Positions 1 to 12,329 are shown, counted from the first letter of the stretch. The stretch: 64,000 bases of DNA from Tubiluchus corallicola (GCA_030141605.1 JAQGDQ010000136.1:186001-250000); one strand, 5' to 3'. Notes: generated by a model from the sequence alone, not told the origin. Program-made: numbers and translations.

Positions 1-14
1 GAAATACAACTTAC

Positions 15-149
15 AGTTAACGTAAACTCTTGCGTCTCTTCTCGGTTGATGACACTAGGATCTGACACAAATATTTCTCCAGTGTTCTCATCTATGTCGA
101 AACCAATATGTGTCCCCTCTAATTTGTAGGTAAACTCTGCATTTTCTCC
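15..149 (-). CDS. Cadherin-like gene, exon 12 (EC4); gene continues beyond the left edge
   Basis: TTTTCTTGCAG acceptor, GTAAGT donor; GENAEFTYKLEGTHIGFDIDENTGEIFVSDPSVINREETQEFTLT. Confidence 0.95.
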
Positions 150-655
150 CTGCAAGAAAAACAACTGAATGTCGACATCTGAATAAAACTAATCAAAGAC
201 TGAATTTATGCTCAATATAAAAGTGAAGAGTGGCAGAGACTAGCAATGTTAATAAACACAGACATAATGGAGGTAAAACAAATAAACCAAATAAAAAACA
301 GGAAAAAATTAAACTGTGTGCTAAACAAAAACTTTTTTCACTCGCAAAAGGAAAATCACAGCAATCATATTCAAGCAGTTTAGAACTTAATAACAAATGT
401 TTTACAAAAAAGACTCGTAATGGTGTATAAAGCTAACCAAGCTTGTCACTAGATGGTGCCAACACAAGTGACACATTTCTAGTAACTTATAAATTGCAAA
501 GACTACAGCTATTTACAAACTCAGTCAACAGTAAGTACAAAAAAAAAAAAGTTACTTTAACTAGAAAAGACGTTTGGTTCAGATAGCATCATAAAGACAT
601 CATGTAACCCTTGAAAACTATAAAATAATTACATTACGTATAGAAATTTACTCAC

Positions 656-841
656 CTCATCAATATCTTTAGCAAAAACTTTTAAAACAGATGCATTGAA
701 AATAGGATTCTCTTGCAAATCAACTTCATAGATATCGGGCTCAAATAATGGAGCATTATCATTAATATCAAGTACTGTAAGTTCAATGAATGCGTACGTC
801 TCTCGTTCATGTTCCGGAAATAAATTCTCTACTTGATAAGC
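656..841 (-). CDS. Cadherin-like gene, exon 11 (EC3/EC4)
   Basis: TTCCAG acceptor, GAG|GTGAGT donor; AYQVENLFPEHERETYAFIELTVLDINDNAPLFEPDIYEVDLQENPIFNASVLKVFAKDIDE has a canonical DINDNAPLF linker and AxDxD. Confidence 0.96.
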
Positions 842-1610
842 CTGGAAGTAATGACACTCGTCTGTTTACAACTGAATATCATAAATGCACCATAGAAATG
901 TAAAAACAAACAATTTTGACTATTTTCTTTACTAATTTATTGTTTAAAAAGTGTTGTGTTTCATTGACACCACTCCTATATTTGAGAGTTTACATTCCCA
1001 ATACCTAAAAATAGATCTAACAAACGACAGACTATGACAATGCTGATGGTGATGATTAACTAATAATAAACATAACTTCTTAAAATAAAAAAGTATTATA
1101 ATTTAGTGCAATGACCATAGGTTCAAAACATTTCAATGAAACTTTCTTTCTTTAAAAGATGTATCTCTCTAAGTAGAGCATTCTCAATTTAAATGACAAT
1201 TAGTAGCCTAAAAATAAACATGCAATAGTGATAATAAATTTTAAAGAAAAAACTACTGAAAATAATACCACGTTGTTTTTATAAAAAACCAATTTGCTTC
1301 GGATAAAATTTCTTGTTCACTAAAAAAATTAATTAACTTTTGCATTATAGTGCATCACAATAATGCACACTATTCACTCATAATCTATAAATAAGCTACT
1401 GAAATTTGTCATCTAGCTAAAACATTGACTGGAGTCTATAAACAGGCACTGAGTATACACCAAAGGTGCACATGCTTACTTATGGTAAGGTTCTAACATC
1501 TTAAGTAATTATTTCTAAGCATGCAAAGTGGATACATGCCACCTACTATAGTGTATGTCCCCCTACCCCACTGGATACAACATAACACAGAATAACATGT
1601 CGAAACATAC

Positions 1611-1726
1611 CCTAATCAATCCCGAAAAGAGCTGCACTCCGTTAACAGGATCATCACGGTCAATTATCTCTGTAGGAGAAATGATGCCTGTTTGAAGATC
1701 AATTTTCAGAGAATTTTTTGGTTGAA
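1611..1726 (-). CDS. Cadherin-like gene, exon 10 (EC3)
   Basis: TTTTTCAG acceptor, AGG|GTATGT donor, phase 1-0; (L)QPKNSLKIDLQTGIISPTEIIDRDDPVNGVQLFSGLIR has ID..TG.I and IDRD. Confidence 0.93.
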
Positions 1727-1931
1727 CTGAAAAATCAATTATTAATTTACATGAATTAATTTATCATAAGAAACACTCATTCTAAAATCGACATAGTGGT
1801 GTCTACAGTGAGAGAATCAAATAACTATGGAAGTTCCACTGTTTATGTATCATAAAATAATATATCTATTGAATTTATCTAGTTTAAATAATTCAGTTAT
1901 TATCTCTACATCATGACCAGACTGTACTTAC

Positions 1932-2025
1932 GGTACACAATTTCATAATTAATAAGTCCATTAATGCCCTGATCCATATCAAAAGCATAGATTGGTTCGG
2001 GAAAAGGTATTTCAGTATCAACAGC
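1932..2025 (-). CDS. Cadherin-like gene, exon 9 (EC3)
   Basis: TTTTAG acceptor, GTAAGT donor, phase 0-1; AVDTEIPFPEPIYAFDMDQGINGLINYEIVY has AxDxDxGxNxxIxY. Confidence 0.94.
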
Positions 2026-2545
2026 CTAAAATTAAAAGTCACATTAATTACATTTAGGAAAAAATAGACACTCAAAATATACTAAATTATTTTATAAAAA
2101 TCAGTTTGCTTATTATTAGTAAATCACCCAGAAAATCTTGCAATCGCTAAATAAAATGGTACACTCCATTTGATTTGATAGCTTCAATTATGCAAGTAAT
2201 TACAGTCTTTACAAAAATGCAGCTGAACTCCAAAAGGTTTTCAAAGTTATATCCCTTAAATACCACAGAAGCCTGCAAGATTAATAGCGGTGTAAAAAGA
2301 ATCATGGTCTGCACAACAATTCACTTGAACATCCAATACAGGATTAAGAAAACTACCAAACAACAAATGTTAGTGAGTTTAAGTGGTGCTAAGAGAACAA
2401 AGTATGATTATTTGCATTTCAATTTAAGTAAAGCTTTTGTTTTTTAATAATGAGAAAGATCAAAACAGAAAGAATAGAAATCTGTAGGATGAACAGCGAA
2501 CTTGTCACACAAAAATCTGTTAATTAGTGATCAAAACACACTTAC

Positions 2546-2656
2546 GAGTTCTTCATCAAATTCAGTTTTATAAATGGTTTTATTAAACTTTGGTGGTAAA
2601 TTGTCTTCATCTCTAACATCAATATCCACGTTGGTATTGACTCGATGCAGTGTGTC
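2546..2656 (-). CDS. Cadherin-like gene, exon 8 (EC2/EC3 linker)
   Basis: TTTCAG acceptor, GTAAGT donor; DTLHRVNTNVDIDVRDEDNLPPKFNKTIYKTEFDEEL. Confidence 0.93.
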
Positions 2657-3065
2657 CTGAAATTAAAAATAAAGTAAGATAGCATGCTTGAAAAACAATA
2701 CTGCCAAACAAAAAACTTACAGAGAAACTACAAAGTGGACAAAATTTATATGAAAGTATAAAGACATCAGTACATAAACTCCTAAGATGGTGAAGACAGA
2801 AACAAAGATCTTAAACTTGGTGCAAAAGAGAAGTTTAATATGGAGGACAATTTTCTCTCTCCTTCTCTTTCTTGTTCTAGTCTTTGTCTATTTAGCTTTG
2901 CCCTGTAAAATTCATTATTAAACTAATAAAAATATCTATGTGTATCATTAATTGGATTATGACTTAGAAGGCCAGAATGTTCACAAACCATTGAGATTTA
3001 TATCACAACAATTATTACTCCTGCCGGTAATGAGTAAAAAGCAAGGAGACACTGAAAAATTGTAA

Positions 3066-3130
3066 ACCGGAAGGGATTTGAACCCTAGACCTGGGACTAA
3101 TATTTCCATGCTCTGCCAACTGAGCTACCA
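3066..3130 (-). pseudogene. tRNA-derived sequence (pseudo-tRNA or SINE head)
   Basis: Minus strand GGTAGCTCAGTTGGCAGAGCA (A box) and GGTTCAAATCC (B box); anticodon and acceptor stems are imperfect. Confidence 0.65.
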
Positions 3131-4749
3131 ATCAAACAAGACAGAGCAGGCCTGAGAACTCCTTGCAGCACACAACCCAAAAGCACCACATGAACCCATG
3201 CCACAGTAAATGGGTACTTATGGAATTGTTAATTGCCAGTAAATCTAAATGTGTAATTTAAATGCAGTATTGTATCACAATCGACATCATCTATTCAAAG
3301 ACTTTTTACTATTGAAACAATACTTCTGGCAATATCTTGAACGGAAATACATTTTTCAAAACAAGACGAGTGCCAAGTAGCTACATTCCAGACATGACAA
3401 TATAAAAACGTGGTTGAAATGATGGTAATAAGCTAGCTGTTAACAGCTTTGACAGTTGTCATTATCCAACTTGCTAAAAATTAGTGTGCATTGTTTACCT
3501 CATAGTAAATAAATGGTAAAGTTTTGTGTTACATGAACAAGTAAAAAAACACGGTGAAAAGAACCTCTCTACAGAGTTATTAGCAAATCAGTAACCAAAT
3601 AATAAGTTGTGTTACTGTTCCTGTTGTTGTGGTTTCTTTTTCTTGAGTAATCATACAAGGTACTGATACTGCAAGAAACACACACTTCTTGTGTATTAAG
3701 TATTACATTGGCTGCTGAATAACGATTGTTCAACAGTAAACAATTATTAAGCTTCTGCTTCATAACATATGTGTTCACAGCAGAATCATCTTCAAGTAGT
3801 AGTGGCATTTATGTTATGAATGAGCTGTCACCCCTGAAGTACACAGTGGGTGGTAGTTGCTCTTTTCTTAAGCTGGATCTTCTCCAGCAGTTTTGGCATA
3901 TGGCTAGATAGGGTCAGGATCTTGTTTGTGGCAAAATATGGCTGCATATAGGAAAAGTTTCAGTAGGGGCAGACAGGGTGGGGAAGACAATACTTCCAAT
4001 TTCAATACTTACCAATGTCGAGCTACAGTAACAGTAAATCGTAGTAAGTATATGAAAAAGTTCCGTAAGGCAAACAATTGATTTACTCACTTATTGAGTT
4101 TTTTAACCAACTGCCTGATGCATGGAATCCATTTTTAATATGTTATTTTGAATGCCATTTGACATTGCACAAAATTCATTTTATCGTAAACATTTAGAAT
4201 AGAAAAAAACTATGGTGGCATCACAATACAAAAACTGGCTAAAAGCTTATTTCATGAAGCAACTATGAGAATAAGAACGAGACTGGCAAAGCAGATATGT
4301 TTATAAGGTTACACAGTAAGCCCAATGAAGGGTCTCAATAAGACGAATTGAAAGGTATAAATTACGTCCAGATTTGTTGACCCTAACCCCAGTAAGGCCA
4401 AAAAACAAAATTGGGTGATTGAGGGAAAGTGTCAGACAACAGTAATTGTAATAAGTCAAAAAAAGACATTGACGAGTTGACAAGTTCCAACATTAGTATG
4501 TTGTAGGATGTTAAATAAAAGATTCCAATGCAACAAGTTGAATGGCGTTCATTGACTCAAGACTGGTTGATCCTTGACCAATGGGTCAAAATATGAAATG
4601 TTTCAATTTCACTAATATGAAAGGCAATTCTTATGTAATCAAGCATAGTAAATTCAATGGCGGCAATAAATGTGAATTTCACAGCCTTCACATCAGTCAA
4701 AGGTAAAAAAGTGCCAAGTTCAGACTTCATTGAAACTATCACTGTCACT

Positions 4750-5980
4750 GCTATAGCAAAATCTTACTGTTTTGATTGAGCTATTATTATTATTAATATT
4801 AATAATATTATTCATTATTCATTCTTCACCACTTTAAGGCTTAATAACTCGTAAACCTTGCAAGCTACAGTCGTCAAACTCGCAAGGTGGGTAGCCCTGG
4901 GCAGGGAAAATATAACTGTGTAGCCACCGCTGACCACTGGTCAAAGGGGGAGGATAATGGTCATTGGTCAGTTTTTCCTATACAATTCAACTCTTAAGAC
5001 TTTCGTTATTTTCCAATTTTTTTCACAAGTATTTGGGTACTGTGGAGCAGGTGTGCACCTGAGGTTTTAAAAAGCTGATAAGCTTTAAATGCCCGAGTGA
5101 GGGGCCAAAATACAAAATTTGGAGTCCCCCCAATTTGTGACCTTTTACACACTGAGTGCTAGGGACACAAAACTCACAGGGTACACTCCTGGCCAAAGTT
5201 ATATACGTATACACATGACCCGAGTTGCCGGGTCAAAGGTCATGGAGCGGTTGGGTTTTCATTTATTTTTCTTTAGGATCCATCTGCTCCCATAGTTTTT
5301 GAGCGACAATATTTGCTATGTGCTTAGGTGGGGCCAAGTTGTAGGATATGGCAAAATATGGGTGATTTGGAGGTGGAAAAGTTTTCTGCTGGGAGGCAAA
5401 AACCAAAAAATGGGGGTTGGGAACAGAAATACATCAAGTGTCTACGAATAGTACCATGAAGCATATCAAATGAAAAGTCTTGATGAGGCGAGTCGAATGG
5501 AGTAGGTTACAATGAGAATGGTTAATGTACAACCCCTCTATGGGGCAAAAAACTGAAAAATTGGGGTCTGGAACTGAAGTGCACCGAGTGTTGTGCAATG
5601 ATACGTTGTAGCATATCAAATGGAAGGTCTCGATGAGGCAAATTAAATGGTATAGATTACAGTGTAAATCGTTAATCTGGACCCAGTAAGGGGCAAAATA
5701 GTGGTCGATAAGACAAATGCCTTCCAGGGTCTACCAAAAGTAGGTTGCTGTATATCAAATGAAAGGTCTCAATAAGGCAGATCGAATAGCATAGGTTGCA
5801 ATGAGAATAGTTAATCCGTGACCCTGCTAGGGGGCAAAAGCCGAAAAATGGGGGTCGGGAGCAGAAATGCATTAAGCACTATAAAAAAGGCTGTCATCTC
5901 TTCATTTTTAAGGCTGAATTTTACAACTATTGTTTGCAAAATCTTCAGTTTCTGACCACGTCAGAAACATTGTCAACTAG
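4750..5980 (+). mobile_element. Non-autonomous Helitron/Helentron-type element (family A) with internal ~140-150 bp tandem repeats
   Basis: 5' partial palindrome (GC)TATAGCAAAATCTT followed by (ATT)n; repeat units starting ATATCAAATG(A/G)AA near 5461, 5611 and 5750; 3' GCAAAATCTT, perfect 9-bp hairpin GTTTCTGAC-CAC-GTCAGAAAC (5948-5968), then CTAG (5977-5980) followed by T. Confidence 0.7.
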
Positions 5981-6164
5981 TTTACATATTGTTAATGAAT
6001 TTGCAACATTTTTTAAATTTTAACTGCCACTTAAAGCATCTCTGGCCAGAGAAACAGAACCCTTATCTGACATGTACAATCAACAGTGCTAACTAATTAT
6101 ATTTTTCCTTTGTATTAAAATGTTCAAAATAAAGTAATAAATATCTTGGAATTTTTATCCTTAC

Positions 6165-6302
6165 TGAAGCTTCAATAATCAGATTATAGGTATTTCCAAG
6201 AAGGTTGTATTCGAGCGGTTTTTCTAAAATGACTTGTCCAGTGCAATCTCCTTGACAAGGTCCAATAGTTTTTACCGAAAAAAAGCCTTCATCGTTGCCT
6301 TC
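6165..6302 (-). CDS. Cadherin-like gene, exon 7 (EC2)
   Basis: TTTTTGTAG acceptor, GTAAGG donor; EGNDEGFFSVKTIGPCQGDCTGQVILEKPLEYNLLGNTYNLIIEAS has the GNxxGxFxI...G.I.L..PL pattern. Confidence 0.93.
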
Positions 6303-7647
6303 CTACAAAAATATTTATAGCACATTTATGCTGTTTATCAACAATAATGTAATTTACGCAATGTCACAGTTACAGTAACAAAAATGTATATGAATAAAGT
6401 CCTAATTTAAATCGAGAGTGAGCACGTGCAAAGTAGATTCACTAGATTCACAACTTCCAAAGTCTGCAGCGAACATTAGAAACAGAAATGAATATGAAAA
6501 AGCAGTACTTCCAGATTTCAGATTTAGGACTGGGAAAAAAGACACAATCATACAAGAAAGTCAAAAATAGATTTCCTGTTTGTACACCTGTGTCTGGAAA
6601 GCCTCATGGTATGTAACCTATATACAAAACAGATTTGTTTAAATTTTGAAGTTTATATGACTAGAGAATGCCTCCTTGACCATTTTTAATTTGACTTCTG
6701 GGTGTTAGAAGGTTAACAAAAATAAACAAATAAAGTACTCAAAACACATAGTATGCAAAAAATGACATGCGCCATAGAAATCCATGCCCATAACTGCTTA
6801 CATCTTCTTAGTTGCAAATTTGCAAATAATTCAGTGCGCACATCCCACTTTGTGACTTTTGCCTATTACAAGTTTATAACTAAAAAACAAAACGAATCTC
6901 AACTGCACACTTCAACTTATTTTAGTACATAAAAGTATAACAGATAGAGTAAAAACTTGAAATTATAAATTATAAAATTATAGATTTAAAATTTTAAATC
7001 AAAAAGCATTATTATAATTATTATTGATATTTCTTCATACTTTAAGCACAGTATATGCATTCATACAAAAACAAAAAATATATAAGAATACAAACAATAC
7101 ATAAACAAAAGGTTGACAACAAGAAATAAAAATTATTTACAAAAAGTTGCACAGTGTTCAAAATGCTCAACAGCATAAGCCTGAATGTATTTCTGCATAA
7201 AATTAATTGGAATCACTTGTACATGATTGGCATCATTTTTGATACACTGTCTAGAATTCATGGTACATCTACTGTAAGCAACGTTCTGTCAACATAACAC
7301 TAGACTGCTTTTAATTTTCAGACAATATCAAGATTGAAGCAAGTCGAGAGATTACACTGATAGAAAGGTAAGCAATAATAAGCTGTACGATACATATGAC
7401 ATTGACATGCAGAGGAAAAACTGAAATTTCTGCAAGGAAAATCAGGTCAAACATGCTCTCTGTTCAATCTGTTCACACTGCAAAAAGACCTTAACAAAAT
7501 GAACACTTCTAAATGCATTCTGAAAGCAAAATGCAGTTTTTGTTTTCTAAGCATTAAAGGACTTGCAACTATATAATGTATGCCATACAGAAAACTTGAA
7601 AATATAAACATGAAGATGACATTTTTGAAAAATTAATCAAAACTTAC

Positions 7648-7737
7648 TATAATTGAAAGCGTAATAGTGCTGTGGTGAGTCATAAGATCCTTGTCAGTAA
7701 CATGTATTTCTACAATTTCAGATTCTATAGAAGCCAA
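7648..7737 (-). CDS. Cadherin-like gene, exon 6 (EC2)
   Basis: TTTTTTTTCAG acceptor, GTAAGT donor; LASIESEIVEIHVTDKDLMTHHSTITLSII contains the DxD motif. Confidence 0.92.
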
Positions 7738-7789
7738 CTGAAAAAAAATCACACATAATGCTATGAAAATTGCAAAAAGTTTTACGAAC

Positions 7790-8335
7790 ACTTACTACCC
7801 GCAAAATCTATAACACCAACAAAAGAATGGGCTATTCAACCATTACTGGCACCACGACCAGCACATTCCTGTTCTCTAGAAATAAGAGCCATAAGTTTTG
7901 CAAATTTTTGCAAAAAAATGGTCGGAAAGGGTCATTTTTGGAGGTTTTTTGCCCCATATTCTGCCCGGTGGGCTGATTCCACCCGTCGGTGACATACAGA
8001 TCGCTGAAAATGGTGCCTCGCTGAAGCTGTAGCCTCGTCGGTTTTATATACATACCACCAAAATCAATATATAGACTAGCCTAACTCTGCAAAAAGAAAT
8101 TTGCACACAACAACCTACACCACACCACCCTTTCCACACACACACAGCACAGCAACATGACCTGCAACACACCATACTACCCCACGACACTACCCAAACT
8201 ACATTATGCACACCACACCACAACACCCACACCATATCACATAAAATGCCATCCACACCATGCCACACCCACCACACCTATCAAACCATACCAAGCCACC
8301 GCACCACACCTAACACATTACATTCCATGGTGATT
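7790..8335 (-). mobile_element. Non-autonomous Helitron (family B) copy with CACCA-rich tract
   Basis: Shares TTCTC(T/C)AGAAATAAGAG..AAGTTTTGCAA and AAATGGTGCC..GAGCTGTAGCCTC blocks with ~9100-9330, ~10530-10680 and ~11140-11919; on the minus strand a TC-TATATAT start lies at 8075. Confidence 0.6.
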
Positions 8336-8959
8336 GTTATGGGCAAATTACCCAATTACCCATATAATTCGTTTTTTATTTTTCCCGCATGAGGAAGCCA
8401 AAAACTAAATGGGACAAGTGGGCAATTGCTGGCAGAATCAACTGGTTATTGCAGAGACTTACTTGTAATTGGTGGATAATGCAATTTTTATACGAGAAAT
8501 TTAATGTCATGCTTCATAAACCATAAACAGTGTGCTCTCTCTCTAGCCAAATGAAGTAAGTGATTTTTGTAAATCTAAGTTTGTTAATTAGATAGCAATT
8601 TTCTTTGTAATTTTTTTGTTCAAATTTCTGTAGTTTTTGTTCAAATTACATTACTGCAAATTTTATGTATTTTTTGTTTTTTCTCCTTCTTTAGATAATA
8701 AAGACTACAGAAACACCTTATGCAAAGAACTTTTGTGTTTGTTGTGTTAACAGTGATCATGTTGATAATGACGACGATGACAACACATACAACACATACA
8801 ACTCTACACAGTGTATCCCATTTCCCCTTTGAACATAATAGGGAAGCATTATAACACTTACGTTATAATAGCCAGCAGCAGCTTTTACTGAAGCAAATCA
8901 TAGGCAGAGTATAATGGATGACGTCACAGCAATAGCTTTGTGTCAGCAGTTTTCTAAGC

Positions 8960-9350
8960 GAAAATCGTCTAAAATGGAACCTCAAATCAACTCACCACAG
9001 CTTCTCATGTCCATTGTGTAGCCTTGTCCTTCCTCTTTCTAAATCTAGAGTCCCATCAGGCACCATTACAAGGTTTTGCCTGCAGGCTGTTTGGTCAAAA
9101 TTTCAAAAAAATCAGGAGTTGTGTCTGGGAAAATGCCCATTACTGGATATTGCCCTCGAATTCTAAATATGACTATAACACCCACTGTTGAACTGGCTAA
9201 CTAACTATACCACACCACCTCTGGCCCATTCTCCAGAAATAAGAGGTACAAGTTTTGCAAAAAACAGCCAAAAATGGCCTTTTTTGGAGATTTTTCGTCC
9301 CCCGTTACTTTCGGTTGGCCCAATTAGAAAAATAAACCCTGTGATGACCT
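8960..9350 (-). mobile_element. Internal fragment of family B repeat
   Basis: CGAATTCTAAATATGAC.ATAACACCCAC and CCCATTCTCCAGAAATAAGAG are near-identical to 11229-11330. Boundaries approximate. Confidence 0.6.
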
Positions 9351-10308
9351 AAGCCATTCATTGTGATGCACTACTAATAATTGGTTGACTTATTTTCTAT
9401 TAATGTATTTTTGATGACAATCCAAAATATTGTTGATATAACATTAAATAACATTGCCATTATTGTTAATATTTTTTATTAGTCTGTGATTTTTGTTGCC
9501 ATTGATTTCTTCTGTAAGATTAGATGGACACACTTTACAGGTTTGAGTGACCAAAACCTGGGTCAAAGGATCAAATTTACCTGCCTGGCCAAGTATTGGC
9601 CTACTTTTGTTGTCTCTCTGGTTTAGTAGCTCAAGGTTAAAAGAGTAAATTTTGTTGATAGCATGTTGCCTGTTTTTAACATGTGTTTATGCCTTGAAAG
9701 TGAAAACCACCCCATGGGCAATTTCGTTATTGGTTAGAGGGGCATTGGAGAAAATATGGTTATTCAAGAAATCTCAGACTGTATTTCTTGATGGTAATGC
9801 CAGTGGAAGCCAAGCAGTATGGAACATCTCTGTTGTTTCCCGGACTGAATACTAGTCTTCAAACTCTTCCTCTTATGGAGACTGAGTTCCAGTTTGGTTG
9901 CTGACTGTCATTATCCAGTGCTATCTAGAGGAGTCAATTATCATTCGTTGGAGACATAGGAGCTGATGGTTCTGGCAGAGGTGTCCTGGAAGCCATATTG
10001 GGCAAGTGGTAGGAAACTTGGGGCAGTATGTGGTATGAGCATTGCTGATGGTATCCATCTCCTTGGACAGTTCTGCTGGACCCAGCCATCATAAAGTTGA
10101 GTAAATGTTAAATTGAGTAAATGAGTAAACGTATAAACGCTAGATTTATCCAGTTCATTTTTGAAACATTTGAATTGACTATGTGAACCATTTCTATATA
10201 TATTGTCATGTTAACCATTATTGCTTTTCTATGTGTTTGTTTACCCAAGAACTTTATACGCCGGCATAGTTTCTTTTCTGTGAGAATCGAAAATAATACA
10301 ATGTCCTC

Positions 10309-10346
<38 letters not shown>

Positions 10347-10529
10347 AAATCCTGTTGTTTGGGTAATCGTATTCCTAGATAATTAAGGAGAAAAACCTAA
10401 AGCATTGTTCATACTGTCTTACACGGACTCGTGCTAATTTTTACTATATTTTGGGCAGTCAAGGTACAACTCGTGACAGCGAGACTGCTTGGCAAAACCA
10501 TCCACGCTGCTACAAACCCCCTAAGGCAC

Positions 10530-10680
10530 GACACTAGATCGAGACCTTTTGTTTGACATATAAATCGCCGCAAATGGTGCCATCATCAGAGCTGTAGCCT
10601 CGAATCTTGTATATATATAACCCCACCACACCATCCACAGCACACTCAAAACACCCACCACATAACATGGTGATCATGAT
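10530..10680 (-). mobile_element. Fragment of family B repeat
   Basis: GACCTTTTGTTTGA..AAATGGTGCC..GAGCTGTAGCCTCG..TATATATA, then a CACCA tract and CATGGTGAT, as at 8000-8335. Confidence 0.55.
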
Positions 10681-10899
10681 GCAGATGACGATGTTGACGA
10701 TACCTACAATACTAACACCACCAGCAGTAGCGAAACCATGTGTATAAATATTTTGATTAAAGTTGAAACTGTGTGCTACAGCAAATGCTGTTAAATCCAT
10801 CTACCAATGATCAATAATGCACAGACATTCTACAAAGTTTTGTTTAGTGTTTCTCAGATGATAATAGCCTAACAGAACTTACATGTAAAATTTATACCA

Positions 10900-11919
10900 C
10901 TGTGGAACGGCGGGTAACAACAATGCTTGGAACAGCCGCAAAATTGCTCAAACTCAAAACCAATGGATGTTGTAAATAGCATACAGTGCAGGGGGTAGAA
11001 AACGGAATTCAAAATACACCCTTCTGGATTCGTCTAGTGGATATCTCTCTTAGCGGAAACCTTCAACATTTTGTAGACTATTTCGTCCTCTTTCTGCGAG
11101 GGGGCTTATTTTTTCCCAACATGCCCAATCAAATTGAGTTTTTCTAGAAGCTGTTTGGGTAGTGTTCTGAAAAATTTGCATGGTTGGGTCGGAGAAAACG
11201 CCCGTCACGGCACATAGTGGCCGTACCCCGAATTCTAAATATGACCATAACACCCACGTTGAAGGGGCTATTTAAACCATTATTGGTACTACACTAGGCA
11301 TATTCCCATTCTCCAGAAATAAGAGCCATAAGTTTTGCAAAAAAAGACTATTTTATGTTTTTCATCCCTATTCATCCCAGTGAGCCCAATTCGAAAGATA
11401 AAACCCAGATGGCAAATCTATGGGTCCGGACCTTTCGTTTGATGTAGATCACCGAAAATGGTGCCGTAAGTAAGTAAGTAAGTTTATTAGTTTATCACCA
11501 TTTTTAAAATAGCAAAATACATAACTAATAAATCTATACAACATACAATAATATTACAAAATGCAAAAGTAATTATTGATCAGTGGTGAAAGTGTGGCGA
11601 AAGAACTATCAGTTATCGAGGTCAGCCACCCTCTTAGGATTGTTACTAATATAATTAATTAGTTAATGCGCATGTACCAGGTAATTAAAAATTAATAATC
11701 AGATTTTGCATTTAAGACGAATGAAAATTGAATTATTATATGAATGTGCTAGTTTATAATGAAATAATGTTCAATAATGGGAAAGAAGAGACACACGTGA
11801 CTATCTTTAAATAATAATTTAACCATTACGTAATTAAAGTTAATGTTATGAGGACTTGGAGCTGTAGCTTCATTGGTTACATATATATACATATACCACC
11901 AAAATTAATATATATACGA
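10900..11919 (-). mobile_element. Family B Helitron copy interrupted by a LINE 3' fragment
   Basis: The family block AAAATGGTGCCG (ends 11466) resumes as GAGCTGTAGCTTC at ~11860. Minus-strand 5' end A|TC-GTATATAT at 11919. Left boundary uncertain. Confidence 0.55.
11467..11859 (-). mobile_element. 3' end of an L2/Crack-like LINE nested in the Helitron copy
   Basis: Minus strand: GGGTGGCTGACCTCGATAACTGATAGTTCTTTCGCCAC stem-loop, AT-rich UTR, AATAAA then a (CTTA)n tail. The same stem-loop scaffold occurs at 58102-58141. Confidence 0.55.
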
Positions 11920-11934
11920 TATGAAGTGACTTAC

Positions 11935-12015
11935 CTCAGACACAGAAGCAGTATAGTTGTTGCTGAACACAGGTGGATTGATGTTTTCGTCATTCACATA
12001 AACTGTAATCTGTGT
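11935..12015 (-). CDS. Cadherin-like gene, exon 5 (EC1/EC2 linker)
   Basis: TTTTTATAG acceptor, GAG|GTAAGT donor; TQITVYVNDENINPPVFSNNYTASVSE matches the cadherin DxNDNxPxF...Y...VxE pattern. Confidence 0.93.
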
Positions 12016-12329
12016 CTATAAAAAATTTTGATCATTTTGACAACTGTTCAAACAAAAATAATAAATTGTATACATTTCATAACCAAACCATCAATGATGG
12101 TGTGGATCCACTGAAGAAAAATTTGCAATAACCACAACAAACTTGTGTGACATATGGTAGAATGATTGCTCAACCACAACGGCACACTTTCTTATTGGGG
12201 TCACATGTTATCACATTGTCATGACATCCTACTAGAATACAGATGCATTAAAGTCAGAAAAACTCTGATAATGCCTAAGCTAATTGCAATGCCCTTGGTT
12301 GCTACATCCTGGTGTGCTCTCTGTTGTCT

